From positions 31,558,001 through 31,622,000 of the forward strand of contig OX597818.1 in assembly GCA_951406725.2 (NCBI GenBank): a stretch of DNA of 64,000 nucleotides, given 5' to 3'. This document shows, one piece after another, positions 12,401 through 27,178 of this stretch. The notes beneath the pieces are model-generated. The model saw only the letters and a program-made list of their open reading frames with translations, was not told where the DNA came from and did no database searches. This stretch comes from Octopus vulgaris. Lineage: Eukaryota. The first letter of the stretch is position 1. Each line of letters opens with the position of its first letter. The translations under genes and the position numbers were made by a program.

Positions 12401-12454
12401 TCATGATAACGACAATAGTAGTAGTAGTTGTTGTAGTAGTAGTAATAATAATAA

Positions 12455-12505
<51 letters not shown>

Positions 12506-12646
12506 TGATGACGATGACGATGATGATAAGATTCATACTTTACATTAAACAGTCCTGTTAACCTTGGTCACCCTTATGTATATTTTCTAAAATGTACCCA
12601 ATTCTTGTCTCAAGAAAAGGAAACTCCTGACTTGATTTGTCAAGCC

Positions 12647-13055
<409 letters not shown>

Positions 13056-13304
13056 GAACAGCAGTAGCAGTAGTCGTAAAATCGTCTGTAGTATTCCACC
13101 CTCCGGAAGCCAAGCAATGTCAGTCGTCGTGGAGGCGTTTTCTTATATCTGTCTGACTTCCGATTCCATTCGAGAGACGCGCCTGATAAGAGGAAACGGT
13201 TAATTACATAATGATTACATCGTTTGATGTCTTGTGTCTATATATCTGCCACACCAGAGGCACAAACCTCACATTCATCAGTAAGTCAGCGTCAGTGCAT
13301 CTTT

Positions 13305-14100
13305 CACTACCACCACCACCACCACCAACACCACTACTTCCACAAACACCACCAGCACCAGCGCACCATCAGCACCACCACTACCACCATCACAAGTGCC
13401 AGCACCATCACCACCAGCACCACCACCAACAACACTACCACCATCACCACCACCAGCACCAGCACCACCACCACCACCACTAAAATCACCAGCACTTCCA
13501 CTACTACCGCCACCAGCATTACCACTACCACTACTACCATCCAATACTACCACCATCACCATCACCACTACCACAACCACCAACATTATCACCATCACAC
13601 TACCACCATCACCACCACCACCACCAACAACAACACCACTACTTCCACAAACACCACCAGCACCAGCACCATCAGGACCACCACTACCACCATGACAAGT
13701 GCCACCACCATCACCACTAGCACCACCACCACCACCACTAAAATCACCAGCACCTCCACTACTACCGCCACCAGCATTACCACTGCCACTACTACCATCC
13801 CATACTACCACCATCACCATCACCACTACCACCACCAACATTATCACCATCACACTACCACCATCACCACCACCACCACCACCACTATCACCACTACCAC
13901 CACCATTTCCGCCACCACCACTACCACCGCCACCATTACCCCCACCACCACCACCAAAAGTACCACCACTACCACCACTACAATCACCACCATTACCACC
14001 ACCACCACTCCTATTACGACCATCACTACCACCAACATCGCCACCACTACCACCACCACCACTACCGCTATTATTACCATCTCACTCTCACATCATCACC
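13305..14100. repeat. (ACC/ACT/ATC) low-complexity tract with a ~259-bp higher-order duplication
   Basis: taaaatcaccagcac.tccactactaccgccaccagcattaccact...aacattatcaccatcacactacc occurs at 13481 and 13740. Confidence 0.85.
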
Positions 14101-14400
14101 TCCCTGTCATCACAAGGAATACCACAACGATCTTTATATTCTTTTAACATCAATGTTCGCATATGACACACAGTTATTTGATCCAACGTTGGAGCATTTA
14201 CATGGTCACTCACCCTGTTAGAAATAGCAGCCAAATCACCCTTTAATCCCCACTACCATCTTGAAAAATGACGCATTGAGCGATACACTAGCTTAAATAT
14301 CCATAGTAGTCAAGGTTTCAAGGCTTCTAAGTCCTTCTCCATCACAGAGATACGAGTTTAAACAGCAATAAAATGAAGCAATTTCATTAATGAATGTAAA

Positions 14401-14762
14401 GGCGGTGAGCTGGCTGAATCGTTAGCACGCCGGGCGAAATGCTTAGCGGTATTTCGTCTGCCGTTACGTTCTGAGTTCAAATTCCACCGAGGTCGACTTT
14501 GCCTTTCATCCTTTCGGGGTCGATAAATTAAGTACCAGTTACGCACTGGGGTCGATGTAATCGACTTAATCCCTTTGTCTGACCTTGTTTGTCCCCTCTA
14601 TGTTTGGCCCCTTGTGGGCAATAAAGAAACAAGAATCGTTATCATGCCGAGAAAAATGCTTAGCGCTATTTCATCCGTCTTCACGTTCTGAGTTCAACTT
14701 CCGCCGAGGTCAAATTTACCTTTTAGCCTTTCGGGGTCGATAAATTAAGTACCAGTTACGCA
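14401..14762 (+). mobile_element. SINE family A, full copy plus partial second unit
   Basis: ggcggtgagctggctgaatcgttagcacgccgggcg...gagttcaaattcc (B box)...gaggtcgactttgcctttcatcctttcggggtcgataaattaagtaccag...caataaagaaa. Confidence 0.9.
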
Positions 14763-16237
14763 TATAATGTAAAGTTTCTAAAAGATTTCGTTGCTCGAGT
14801 GACACATTAGAAACTTCCACTTTGGGTCGAAGCCTCCTTTGTAATTTCAACAAGTAAAGGATATAACAATGATAATCATTGGTTTTTCCCACTAAATGTT
14901 TAGAATTTATTGCAATAATTAGTTAGCGATGATAAATGCCTCAATGAGTTATTAGGGCTAAGATAATTTCCTAACGAATATTCTTAAAAAGCAACTAATG
15001 TCTGAAGATAAAATTCAAACGTTTCAATAATAATGGTTTTCGCATTATCTAAATGTAAAAATGTTTAACCTCTTTTCTGTAATATTCTATAAGCGAATAT
15101 TAGACATACTAAAGAAAGAATTCTTTCCTTTTCCACTTTCGAGAGGTCACTTGTTAACAGAACGCCCAATTACTGAAAATTATAGGCGTAAACGGGAATT
15201 TACAACCGATAACTTTATCTATTAGAAACAGAAGGTAATATATATCTATATCGTTTTTTTTTCTTAAAAATCAAACAAATAAACTAATTTCTGAAGTCTC
15301 CTATCCTTTGAAATATAATCAGAATTTTTATTTACTTACTTATATATTTTGAAAACCATTTTATAGCAGTATCTCTAATTTTCGTATAGTTTGGAGAAAT
15401 TATCTTGTAATAAGATTTGATATATTGCACTTTCAACAAGGAAAAAGAAAATCTGAAAAATAGGTTAAAAGAATTACAAAAATATATATATAAAAGGAAT
15501 TAATACAAGTGCCTCTGATTACAAGTCTGTTAAATATATTTCGTAGAAAATATAAGGCTGTTGTCCCTAAACGCAAAAAAATGTATGTAATTTAACGTTT
15601 TGTAACTATAGCGTATCTTTGTTTTACGAATTGCACGACTACAAAACGTAACATATAAAATTCATATTGACTATTTCTCTCTCTCTCTTTCTCTCTCCCC
15701 CTCTCTCTCTCTCTGTTTGCCTCTTCCTGTCTGTCTGTCTTCTTGTTTTTCTCTTTCTGTTTCTCTGTTTCTGATTCTCCCTCCCCAACTCTTTCCGTCC
15801 ATCTGCTTGTGTGCCAGCCTATCTACCTCTTCTAAAACATACTACCGTCATTGTGAATGCATATACCTCTCTCTATATCTATATTTATATATATGTGTAT
15901 ATATGTCTGTGTATGTGTGTGTGTGGATTTATATCTCTTGTTGATAACAACAAAAGTACTCATTGCAAAATCTGTGTAGAGTGACCGTCTTTAATATGGG
16001 AAACTCTCGACGATATATGGCATTATTATAATACCTAATATCACCCCACTTATTATACTAACATTTTACCTTTGCTTTATATTAGATCAATACTCTGAGA
16101 AGTTTATATGAAACGTTATGATCATATTGTAAATGTCAAATCTGTCCACTAAATTGCGCGTGCGTAGAATATGAACGCAAGGAATGATAATACAACACAC
16201 ACATACGCACACATACATACATACATACATACATACA

Positions 16238-16320
<83 letters not shown>

Positions 16321-16323
<3 letters not shown>

Positions 16324-16722
16324 CGTAGGAGTGGCTGTGTGGTAAGTAGCTTGCTTACGAACCACATGGTTCCGGGTTCAGTCCCACTGCGTGGCACCTT
16401 GGGTAAGTGTCTTCTACTATAGCCTCGGGCCGACCAAAGCCTTGTGAGTGGATTTGGTAGACGGAAACTGAAAGAAGCCCGTCGTATATATGTATATATA
16501 TGTGTGTATATGTTTGTGTGTCTGTGTTTGTCCCCCCAACAACGCTTGACAACCGATGCTGGTGTGTTTACGTCCCCGTAACTTAGCGGTTCGGCAAAAG
16601 AGACCGATAGAATAAGTACTAGGCTTACAAAGAATAAGTCCTGGGGTCGATTTGCTCGACTAAAGGCGGTGTTCCAGCATTGCCGCAGTCAAATGACTTA
16701 AACAAATAAAAGAGTAAAGAGA
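16321..16722 (+). mobile_element. SINE family B, full copy in (TA)n
   Basis: tRNA-like head ggagtggctgtgtggtaag...ccgggttcagtccc, internal (TA/TG) microsatellite, tail aaataaaagagtaaaga. Confidence 0.9.
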
Positions 16723-17346
16723 ATATATATATATATATATATAGATGTATATATATATATATCATATATATATATATCCTTCGAAACGTAGAGTAGATGA
16801 AAGCTTTAGCGACTGAAGAAGGGGTTTTTTCTTTGTGTTAATTGTCCTGTATTTTATTTTTTTGTTGTTTTTAAATATATGTCCAGTTCCTTTGGTTTGT
16901 GTCTATGTTTTCGTTTCTCATTGTGTTCGACGTCCTTTTGGTGTCCTGTACTCATATATGCGTGTATATGTACATGTAGAGGTAGGTACGTACATATATG
17001 TTTATATATATGCATATGTTTTATTTTATTTATTAATATATATATATATATATATATACGTGTGTATAGTTTTGAGGTACAATATAAGTTTACAAAATGC
17101 ACTAGGTGTTTCCATAAGTTGTACGCATCGAACTAACTGAAGAATTCTCTATAGAACGTACTTAACCTGCTTTTCTGATACGTGCGCGAATCAGCTAATA
17201 GCTATATTGAAAATATATGACTCTGTGTGATTGAGTGTGTGTGTGTGTATGTGTGTGTGTGTGCGTGTGTTGAAGCAGAAGAATATTTTGCGAGCTATCA
17301 AAGCACAGAAAAAGTGGTTATTTTTTTTATTTAGTTACATACTCAC

Positions 17347-17378
17347 CTTTTGTTGCGAGTTGGTTTTTCTAGTGCATA
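17347..17378 (-). other. Candidate 32-nt micro-exon (YALEKPTRNK + AG)
   Basis: Acceptor tctctgattttctacag and donor AAG|gtgagt, both near consensus; no homology recognised. Confidence 0.4.
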
Positions 17379-18211
17379 CTGTAGAAAATCAGAGATTTTC
17401 TTCATGAAACTACGACACAGAAAATGCTACGCTGGTTATGAAATTTTACAGTTCCATGATTATAAACGTGTATACAGTGAAGTGACATAGAACAGTCCTT
17501 ATTAGTGTGATTGGACGCAGGCAATTTCTTTGGTGAAACCATTGAGATAACGATGGCAAATGCCTTGAATGATCCAGAAATAAGACACAATAGAATCGCT
17601 AAGAAATTGCCATGGCTATTCATAATCGATATTCATTTCTAATTGTTTTTATGCAACTTATTTTTCATTAGAATGGGGTAGCGTCTAGTTCTCCATTTTC
17701 TAATGATTTGAAGATGTAGATGTGAAGTTAAAGACCCGCGGAGATTCACGCTCTCATTTTGCACATATATCTGTATGTATGTATGTATGTATGTATGTAT
17801 GTATGTATGTATGTATGTATGTATGTATGTATGCATGTATGTATGTATGTATGTATGTATGTATGTATGTTAGTATGTATGTATGTAAGTAATATATACG
17901 CACATATAGTTGTATATTAAATATATATATCGATACCTAACACACACACACAGACACGAATATATATATGTACATACATATCTATCTGTTTGCCTGTCTG
18001 TCTGACACACTCTCTTCCTCTCTCTCTTTCATTCTTTCTTTCTCTCTGTCTCTGTATGTATATATATGTGTGTGTGTGTGCGTATGTATGTATGTATGTG
18101 CATATATATGTGCATATATGTGCACCATCGCAAAATAAAGCACACAGGAGACATGGCATAAGAAAAGAAGTTGTGTACGTATCAATGCATATATAAATAC
18201 ATGTGCTATGT

Positions 18212-18251
<40 letters not shown>

Positions 18252-18340
18252 GTGTGTGTGTGTGAATGTTGTTAGAGAGAAAGTGTATGCTGTCTCTTCC
18301 TACTTGTGTTTAGCTGAAGTAGAAACAGATAGCAGATCGA

Positions 18341-18438
<98 letters not shown>

Positions 18439-19164
18439 ACACACCCACACACACATATATATATATATATATAAGTTTAAAACGACATTTGATATAATGA
18501 ATCATGGAAAGAATTAATTTCTTTCTCTGACACTTATATTGGCATTTAGTTGATAAATATTTATTGATTGTTCTTCATATTACACATAAAAAATACACCA
18601 AATGTCTCGTGCACACTTATAAAAGTACACACTGGCACATACACGCACATGTATGCAGTCACATAAGCAAACTTGATCCAGTAAATATATACATATACAG
18701 ACAAACCGTTATATGCATTTTTGATAATGATATGCTTATAAAGGAAATATGGTTGACAAATGCGTATATTTATTGGATATTTTCACACACATTCACAAAT
18801 ATATACTGAAGAACACGCGAGTATATATATTTGATTTGTTGAACTTATGTATTTAGAACCGAAGAAAAGTATTCAATACTTAGAAGGGGAATTGTTTTGA
18901 ATCGTGAGTTTTACGTTATGGATTATTGAAACGATTACACACTTGTATGCACACGCACGCGCGGGCACGTACACACATGTAGGTAGATACAAGCGCTGTC
19001 TTTTGTCAAGCCAATGTGAGAGAAAAGCTCAATACATGCTGGAGAAGATATGTTTTTTTTCTTGGAAGTGAAACTGTCTAGCGATTTGGGTTTTACGTCA
19101 CTGGAATCTTCAGAGGAAAAGTGTTACAACTTGGTACTGGTCGTGTATCTGTATCCTCTGGTGT

Positions 19165-19207
<43 letters not shown>

Positions 19208-19449
19208 CGCATGCGGTCTACGTCTCGTGTTTGCTCATTGGTTAACTTTTCGTATTCGTTGGATAGTATTTTCTGGCTTTTTCTAATAATTATCGTTTAT
19301 TTTTGTGATGCAGAGTTTGTGTCTCTTGTTATTGTTAGCAGAAAGGTACAAAGGTTGATGAGGTGTTGGTGACGGAGTGTTTTTTTTTTATGTATGTGTG
19401 ATTCGGTATTGATACAGTTTGGTGTAAATCTTATGAATGTATGTATGTG

Positions 19450-19507
<58 letters not shown>

Positions 19508-20357
19508 TGTGTATGTGTGTGTGTGTGTGTGTGTCTGTGTGTATAGTTCAAATTTGCAGAAAACAAAAGACGATGACAGGTGAAGGAACAACAAGCCGGT
19601 GTATTAGCTTAAATATCGGGAAGAATATATATTTATATATATATACATACATAAACACACAAAAAGACACACATGCATACACACATATACATACACACGC
19701 ACACACATAATTCATTGAAACTGAAATTTCTTTCACTCCGCAATTCGAGTTACAGCTCAGTTTTGGTGGTATATTTATATTCGTTGGTGTGGTTGTTGTC
19801 ACATACTTGCTTTTATTTATTACTTTGCGTTTTGTGCTTTTTCATTGGTTGAATTTCGATAAAAGGGTGTTCATTATTTTTTATTTCTGAATTCATTCTA
19901 GATTTATCTGTTAATCTAGTTATGCCTATTTTTGTTTGAATTAGTTTTGGACTATTCGTATTATCGCCTTTGTAAATACTGTTAGGAGTTTTAAGATGTT
20001 TCTGAGGGGTTTTTAACGATGCAACGAAGCAAGGCCGTATCTATTGTAAAATTTGGTTCATAGTCGAGTGATTTTTGTGTTTCCCATCATTTTAATGGCA
20101 GACATAGAGGCGTGAATTTCGAGTCGTTTAATTTTCAATTATTAACCACATACTTTAGAACACGCATTCAGTCCTCTCTCATTCGTTCGATATAATTCAA
20201 CATTTCTGCATGTACAGACACACACACAGGCGCACACGCACATGCATACACACACACACACACACATATATATAAAACGGGTTTGAATCTCTGCGTGTGC
20301 GAGTGTGCTTGTGCATGTGTTTGTGTGTGTGCGTGTGCATATATATATATATATGTG

Positions 20358-20391
<34 letters not shown>

Positions 20392-20401
20392 CAGATATAT
20401 A

Positions 20402-20445
<44 letters not shown>

Positions 20446-20477
20446 TATATATATATACATATATATACATGTATATA

Positions 20478-20550
<73 letters not shown>

Positions 20551-21917
20551 ATATACACGCATACATACATATTCATACACATATATACATAGATAGATAC
20601 AAATTTTTCTCGCGTCTCTCCCTCAAGGCTATATTATACCTTTGCCATAATTTTAAGCTTTTCATATGATTTCCCGTATCTCTTCTGGCAAAATTCTGTC
20701 GCCAAGATAATTACACTGTACCAGACACATAAAAAGCGGAACGTACATCCGCACTCATTACCGAAACTCTACTATTCGCGTCCGCACCTACCCAAACGCA
20801 CACGTATGCACACATATACACGTACACACAGAGTGTTAGGTGTACCTCTTGAACAAAATACTCTGAGAAAAGCAAACACATTAGTTCTATCACTGAATGA
20901 GAAGAAAAACAAATCCTGTTTGACCTGGCAAAGACCTATTCATCTGTACATAGAAAATCATTTCGCTTAGAGTTTTTATTGTATATACAAACTTTCATTA
21001 AGCTCAAGTGGCCTGTTTAATTTGTGGTATAGTGCATGCACTGATAATGTGGTTAATTGGTTAATTAATAGTGCATGCATAGCGTTTTTCTAAATTACGA
21101 ATTATAGCTTACAAATACAAAAGCTTTCCTCTCTTGTATTCATATATCAGTATAGTTATAACTAATTATAGGAAGCAGTGGCTCTCGAGAAAAGGTATGA
21201 TAAAAGGTTGAATATATGTTCTTTAAATGAAGAAAAAAATATTCTCACTAGAAAATACGTAGCAGAAAACTTCCAGAAAATTGGTTTTTACAGTAACGAA
21301 TTTTGTTATACTCTCCGTATGAATACATGCTTCTATGAGTGTGTACGTGAATGTGTATTTGAAGTTGAGTTTCGATTTCTTCACAGCTCAGTGTTTCTCG
21401 TTTTCCGCCCTCAATTTAACCGGTACACATCAAAAGCATATGTAAGGCCTATTTATATATTTGTCTCTGGACAAACATATTATTTTTTCCATAGCGGATG
21501 ACATTGTATGTTGCTCAGTAACTACAATGCGTCATTGCGAAGTAGTAGTTTATTGGATTGAAATCATTTGGCAGTTGATCAAATGTATAATACCTTCCAA
21601 GTAAATGTGACAGAATTAACATATTCTGTCATATCTTGGGGATTTAAGCGCTTCCCTCTCTAATTTTATTTCTTAAATAAATATTTTCTAGTTATTATTT
21701 TCTCTTGGAATGCAAAACCACATCCTACATAATCTGTCAATATTAGCTTCGTCGTTATGCTTATGAAAAACATATGAATACAGATTTTCGTTTTTAAAGC
21801 GTTTCTTTCTCAAGTCTAAATTCGCAGCTAAGAAAATTTTAACATTACGTTTCATATTCGCTTAGAATGTTGGTAAAACGTTCGATTAAAATCTGTGGTA
21901 TCTTATAAAAATTAGTA

Positions 21918-22110
21918 GCAGGAGTGGCGCAGCAGTGGCTGTAAGGTACAGGTGTGGATGTATGGGTAAGTAGCTTGCTTACCAACCACATGGATCTGGG
22001 TTCATTCCCACTGCCTAGCACCTAGGGCAAGTGTCTTCTACTATAGCCTCGGGCTGACCAAAGCCTTGTGAGTGGATTTCATAGACGGAAACTGAAAGAA
22101 GCCCGTCGTA

Positions 22111-22157
<47 letters not shown>

Positions 22158-22386
22158 ACGTATGTGTGTGTATATGTTTGTGTGTCTGTGTTTGTCCCCC
22201 TAACTTCGCTTGACAACCGATGCTGGTGTGTTTACGTCCGCGTAACTTAGCGGTTCGGCAAAAGATTCCGATAAAATAAGTACTAAGCTTACAAAGAATA
22301 AGTCCTGGTGTCGATTTGCTCGACCAAAGGCGGTGCTCCAGCATGGCCGCAGTCAAATGACTGAAACAAGTGAAAGAGTAAAAGAA
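21918..22386 (+). mobile_element. SINE family B with partly duplicated head
   Basis: Matches the copy at 16321 over its whole body. Confidence 0.9.
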
Positions 22387-22621
22387 TAAGCAATATAGCC
22401 GATACCATAAACTTGAGAATGACCGATTATCAAGAACCCAAGAGCTTATTCTCACGTTAGATTTCAGTAAAGTTCAAGAATGAAATCAATATGCAGCATC
22501 GATTCCGGGCACATCGAAGCTTTCAGATTAACGAATAAAAAGAGCAAAAGTCAAAAGGACGTACACTTAAAATGTCTTAGTATGATGCTCAATATGAGAT
22601 GGAAACAAAGAGTGAGTGTAT

Positions 22622-22648
22622 AACGTTTCGAGGCTGGCTCTTCGTCAG
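22622..22648 (-). ncRNA. Minimal hammerhead core motif (stem I not evident)
   Basis: Minus strand reads CTGACGA-a-GAG-ccagc-CTC-GAAACGTT. Confidence 0.45.
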
Positions 22649-23087
22649 GAAAGGTTCGGCGATCTTACTGACACAACAAGCAAGAGAGTTCCTGCTATAC
22701 TCTACTAAGTATAACAGCTAAATCAGTCAAATGACAGTCTATTATTTTGGGGGAAGGAAGAACATATTAAAGAATGTAATCCTAGAAATTATCTTAAAAT
22801 GATATGGTTACGGCTGGAATTCCTTTTATTGCAGGTTTGTTCAATCAAGAAGTTTAAGAACATTTAAGAAATAAGTGGTAATTTTACCGTTGAGCGTGTT
22901 AAATTATAAGGCACAAAAAGAAAATGACTCTCCCCAGACACAACAGAATATGCTTCAACACACGAACTCATATAAAGAATCTTGCAAACCAAATCCAAAA
23001 ACGAAATATTAAGAACAACAATAAAGAATAAAAGAAACCATGCCAACTTTACCACTTTCTGTAGCGGTTTTCAGTATCGATACCAAA

Positions 23088-23122
23088 ACTGGTGGTGGTG
23101 GTGGTGGTGCTGCTGCTGATGA

Positions 23123-23210
<88 letters not shown>

Positions 23211-23255
23211 ACAACTACTACCATTACTATTACTGATGCTGCTGCAGCTACTACC

Positions 23256-23354
<99 letters not shown>

Positions 23355-23597
23355 AATAATACAACAACTATAACTGTTGCTGCTGTTTCTGCTGCTGCTA
23401 CTACTACTACTACTGCCACTACCATTACTGCTGCTACTACTACTACTACTGCCACTACCATTACTGCTGCTACTACTACTACTACTGCCACTACCATTAC
23501 TGCTGCTGCTACTACTACTGTTGCTGCTGCTACTAGTACTACAACAACAACAACAACTACAACTACTACTACTATTACTGCTGCTGTTGCTGCTGCA

Positions 23598-23637
<40 letters not shown>

Positions 23638-23790
23638 TTACACCCACCTCACCCCGACCATCACAAACACTAGCACTACCACCACTCTGTACCACCACTG
23701 TCAACACTAAAAGAATTGCCTTCGCCACTGTCACCATCCCACCACAACCACCACCACCACTACCACAATCAACACTTATCACTACCAACT
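23088..23790. repeat. Compound (CTA/CTG/CCA)n triplet repeat
   Basis: Direct inspection. Confidence 0.95.
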
Positions 23791-24119
23791 AACATAGCCA
23801 TCAACATTATCAGTAGTAATACCAGCACAATAAACATTATCCCAGCACCACCACCGTCACCAACACAAACACTATGGAGGCCACCATCAACACCATCACC
23901 ACACGACCAGGATTTCAACAAGTAACTGAAGAAGCAAAGCAGTCGCAGGTGCTACGTGGTCATTAATAATGGTTTTGATGACAACGACATTAACAGGAAA
24001 TATTATTATGAATTACAAACAAAATAAAATGATGACGACGACGACGACAACGACAAGGACAACGAATGTGACACACAACAACGTTCGAGATACATAACAA
24101 GCCAAGGCTGCTTTGAAAA

Positions 24120-24121
24120 GG

Positions 24122-24167
<46 letters not shown>

Positions 24168-24187
24168 GGTGGTGGTGGTGGTGGTGG

Positions 24188-24233
<46 letters not shown>

Positions 24234-24265
24234 GGTGATGATGGTGGTGGTGGTGGTGGTGGTGG

Positions 24266-24317
<52 letters not shown>

Positions 24318-24790
24318 GAGGTGGTGGTGGTGGTGGTGATGATGATGATGATGATGATGGTGATGATGTTGGTGATGATGGTGATGATGGTGATGATGGT
24401 GATGATGATGGTGGTGGTGATGGTGATGATGGTGATGATGGTGATGATGGTGATGATGATGGTGGTGGTGATGGTGATGATGATGATGATGATGATGAAG
24501 ATGATGATGGTGATGATGGTGGTGATGATGGTGATGATGACGACGATAATGATGACAACGATGATGATAATGATGATGATGATGGTGACGATGATGATGA
24601 TGATGGTGGTGACGATGATTATTATGATGATGATGGTGGTGACGATGATGATGAGGACGATAAGGAAGAATACGATGTGGAGGAGGAAACAGAGGACGAA
24701 GGGAAGAAATATGGCAACAATGCTGACAAGGCGGACAATGATGATGATGATGATGAGGAGGAGGAGGAGGAGGAATACGATGATAATGAG
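24120..24790. repeat. Compound (GAT/GGT/GAG)n triplet repeat
   Basis: Direct inspection. Confidence 0.95.
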
Positions 24791-25307
24791 GAGAACGAGG
24801 TGGCAGAAGAGGAGGAATTCGACGATATTGAATGACGTGGACGACGCTGATGATAAGGACATCGACCACAGAAGAGATGCTGATGGCATTTTAAAACGAA
24901 AAGCAATTATAAACTGCGCCATCGTTATTGACGCTCACCTTTGAAAGAAGCTCTGTATCATTAGTGATTCGTCATGTTAGAAATAGCAGCAAATATCCTT
25001 TACATCCTATCTTAAGAAAAACAAAAACAAAAACAAAAAATAAAAGACATTGCATAATGTGATTCTGATACACTGCGTCAGAACAAAAAAAAACTGATGT
25101 GTAAGTCTTTTTTTGAAGAAAGGGATGTTGACCCTCACGATCTCTCTTGCAGTGGCAGACTAGGCATGAACTTAATGCTATCTGTTTTCGTAGCATTGAA
25201 AACAAAGTTGACGGTGATGGAATTTGAACTTTGAGCTCATAGTTCCAGAACAAATACCGCTACGTATTCTATCTAACGCTCTAGCGACTGCTATATCGCT
25301 TCTTATC

Positions 25308-25558
25308 ATTTCTTTATTGCCCACAAGGGGCTAAACATATAGGGGACAAACAAGGACAGACAAACGGATTAAGTCGATTAGATCGACCCCCACTACACAT
25401 TTGGTACTTAATTTATCGACCCCGACAGGATGAAAGGCAAAGTCGACCTCGGCGGAATTTGAACTCAGAACGTAGCGGCAGACGAAATACCTATTTCTTT
25501 ACTACCCACAAGGGGCTAAACACAGAGAGGACGTAGAAGGACAGACAAACGGATTAAG
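25308..25558 (-). mobile_element. SINE family A partial tandem
   Basis: atttctttattgcccacaaggggctaaac...gaactcagaacgtagcggcagacgaaatacctatttc. Confidence 0.85.
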
Positions 25559-25775
25559 TACCGTCACCACAGACAACACCAAACCGCTGCCACAATGCTG
25601 AAATATTCTAATATTGTTTCTCACCAGAAAAAAGCATAACAGTATGATGTCTAATCTCTCTGCCACCAACAGTTATGATGTTATTCAGGCTATTTCGCAA
25701 TAAAACTCCCACTAAAACCATAACCACCTTCGAACCAGAAACGGATGAGATTTGGGTTAGTCGCTATTTAACTTT

Positions 25776-26028
25776 CATTATTTACATTATTCATATTTGA
25801 CGGATATTTGTCCTCGTCTTGTTTGTTGTTAACACAACGTTTCGGCTGATATACCTTCCAGCCTTCATCAGGTGTCTTGGGGAAATTTTGAACCTGGGTT
25901 CTCATTCCTAACGTATGCTTCGATGTCGTTATTATTATTATTGTTATTGTTCAGGTCACTGCTTGGAATCGAACTCGGAATCTTGGGGTTAGTAGCCCAC
26001 GCTATTAACCAGTACGCCATATACCCGT
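25776..26028 (-). mobile_element. tRNA-headed, hammerhead-carrying short element (left, inverted copy)
   Basis: Minus strand: tggcgtactggtta (A box)...gagttcgattcc (B box)...short (AAT)n...acacCTGATGAaggctgg...cagccGAAACGTTgtgt; reverse complement of 26029-26355. Confidence 0.8.
25831..25876 (-). ncRNA. Minimal type I hammerhead ribozyme motif
   Basis: gacac-CTGATGA-a-GGCTG(gaaggtatat)CAGCC-GAAAC-GTT-gtgtt; stems I and II pair, stem III is the palindrome AACGTT. Confidence 0.7.
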
Positions 26029-26091
26029 GGATATAGTGGTTAGGAACGCGGGCTACTAACCTCAAGATTCGAGTTCGAGACCAGGCAGTGA

Positions 26092-26180
<89 letters not shown>

Positions 26181-26390
26181 GTAATAATAATAATAACAAC
26201 AACAACTTCGAAAAATATGTTAGGAATGAAAACCCAGGTTCAAAATTTTCCCAAGACACCTGATGAAGGCTGGAGGGTATATCAGCCGAAACGTTGTGTT
26301 AACAACAAACAAGATGAGGACAAATATCCGTCAATTGTAAGTAATGTAATTAATGTACGTAATTCCTCATCTCTTAAATATAGAACTGTG
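26029..26390 (+). mobile_element. tRNA-headed, hammerhead-carrying short element (right copy)
   Basis: tagtggttagg, gagttcgagacc (B box), expanded (AAT)n at ~26096-26195, hammerhead motif downstream. Confidence 0.8.
26255..26300 (+). ncRNA. Minimal type I hammerhead ribozyme motif
   Basis: gacac-CTGATGA-a-GGCTG(gagggtatat)CAGCC-GAAAC-GTT-gtgtt. Confidence 0.7.
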
Positions 26391-26759
26391 CTATTTAAAC
26401 TTAGTTTAATTTTCTCTTCTTCATTTGTGGTTTTAATATTCTTGCATTTCATAGAACAGAAACTACGGTTCTTAAAAAGTCGATGTTTTTTTAAAACCTT
26501 ATCTACGTATTTTATTTATCACAATTTAATTACAAGGAAACAAAAACGGTGGTGGTGGGGGAGAAAAAAGAGGAAAAGTAAAAACGGAGGGGATTAAAAG
26601 ACAGAAGGGGGTGGGCAGTGGGCCGCACCCCCTAGAATGAATGGCGTGTTCAGTCGCATCCCAGGGTCATAACCGCAATGGTGTTGTCGCGGAGAAGGTC
26701 AACAACATTCGCTGCAACGGTCACCCCTATTTCGCAGGGATTTTACAAAGAACATGTAT

Positions 26760-27178
26760 ATTCTTTTATTCTTTTATTTGTTTCAGCCATTTGGCTGTGG
26801 CCATTCTGGAGCACCGCCTTTAGTCGAGCAAATCGACCCCAGGACTTATTCTTTGTAAGCCTAGTACTTATTCTATTGGTCTCTTTTGCCGAACTGCTAA
26901 GTTACGGGGACGTGAACACACCAACATCGGTTGTCAAGCGACGGTGGGGAGGGGACAGACAGACACACAAACGTACACACCAACATACACACACACATAT
27001 ATATATATATATACGACGGGCTTCCTCTCAGTTTCCATCTACCAAATCTACTCACAAGGTTTTGGTCAGCCCGAGACTGTAGTTGAAGACACTTGCTCAA
27101 GGTGCCACGCAGTGGGATTGAACCTGGAACCATGTGGTTGGTATGAAAGCTACTTACCACACAGCCACTCCTGCGCCT
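26760..27178 (-). mobile_element. SINE family B
   Basis: Reverse complement of the copy at 16321. Confidence 0.9.

Noticed and set aside
13211-14166. Long Thr-, Pro- and His-rich ORFs resembling mucins or extensins
   Set aside because: Open in most frames on both strands because the tract is ACC/ACT/ATC triplets; no splice or domain evidence
23009-24944. 200-310 aa poly-T/A/V/H/I/M ORFs
   Set aside because: Pure triplet microsatellite read-through
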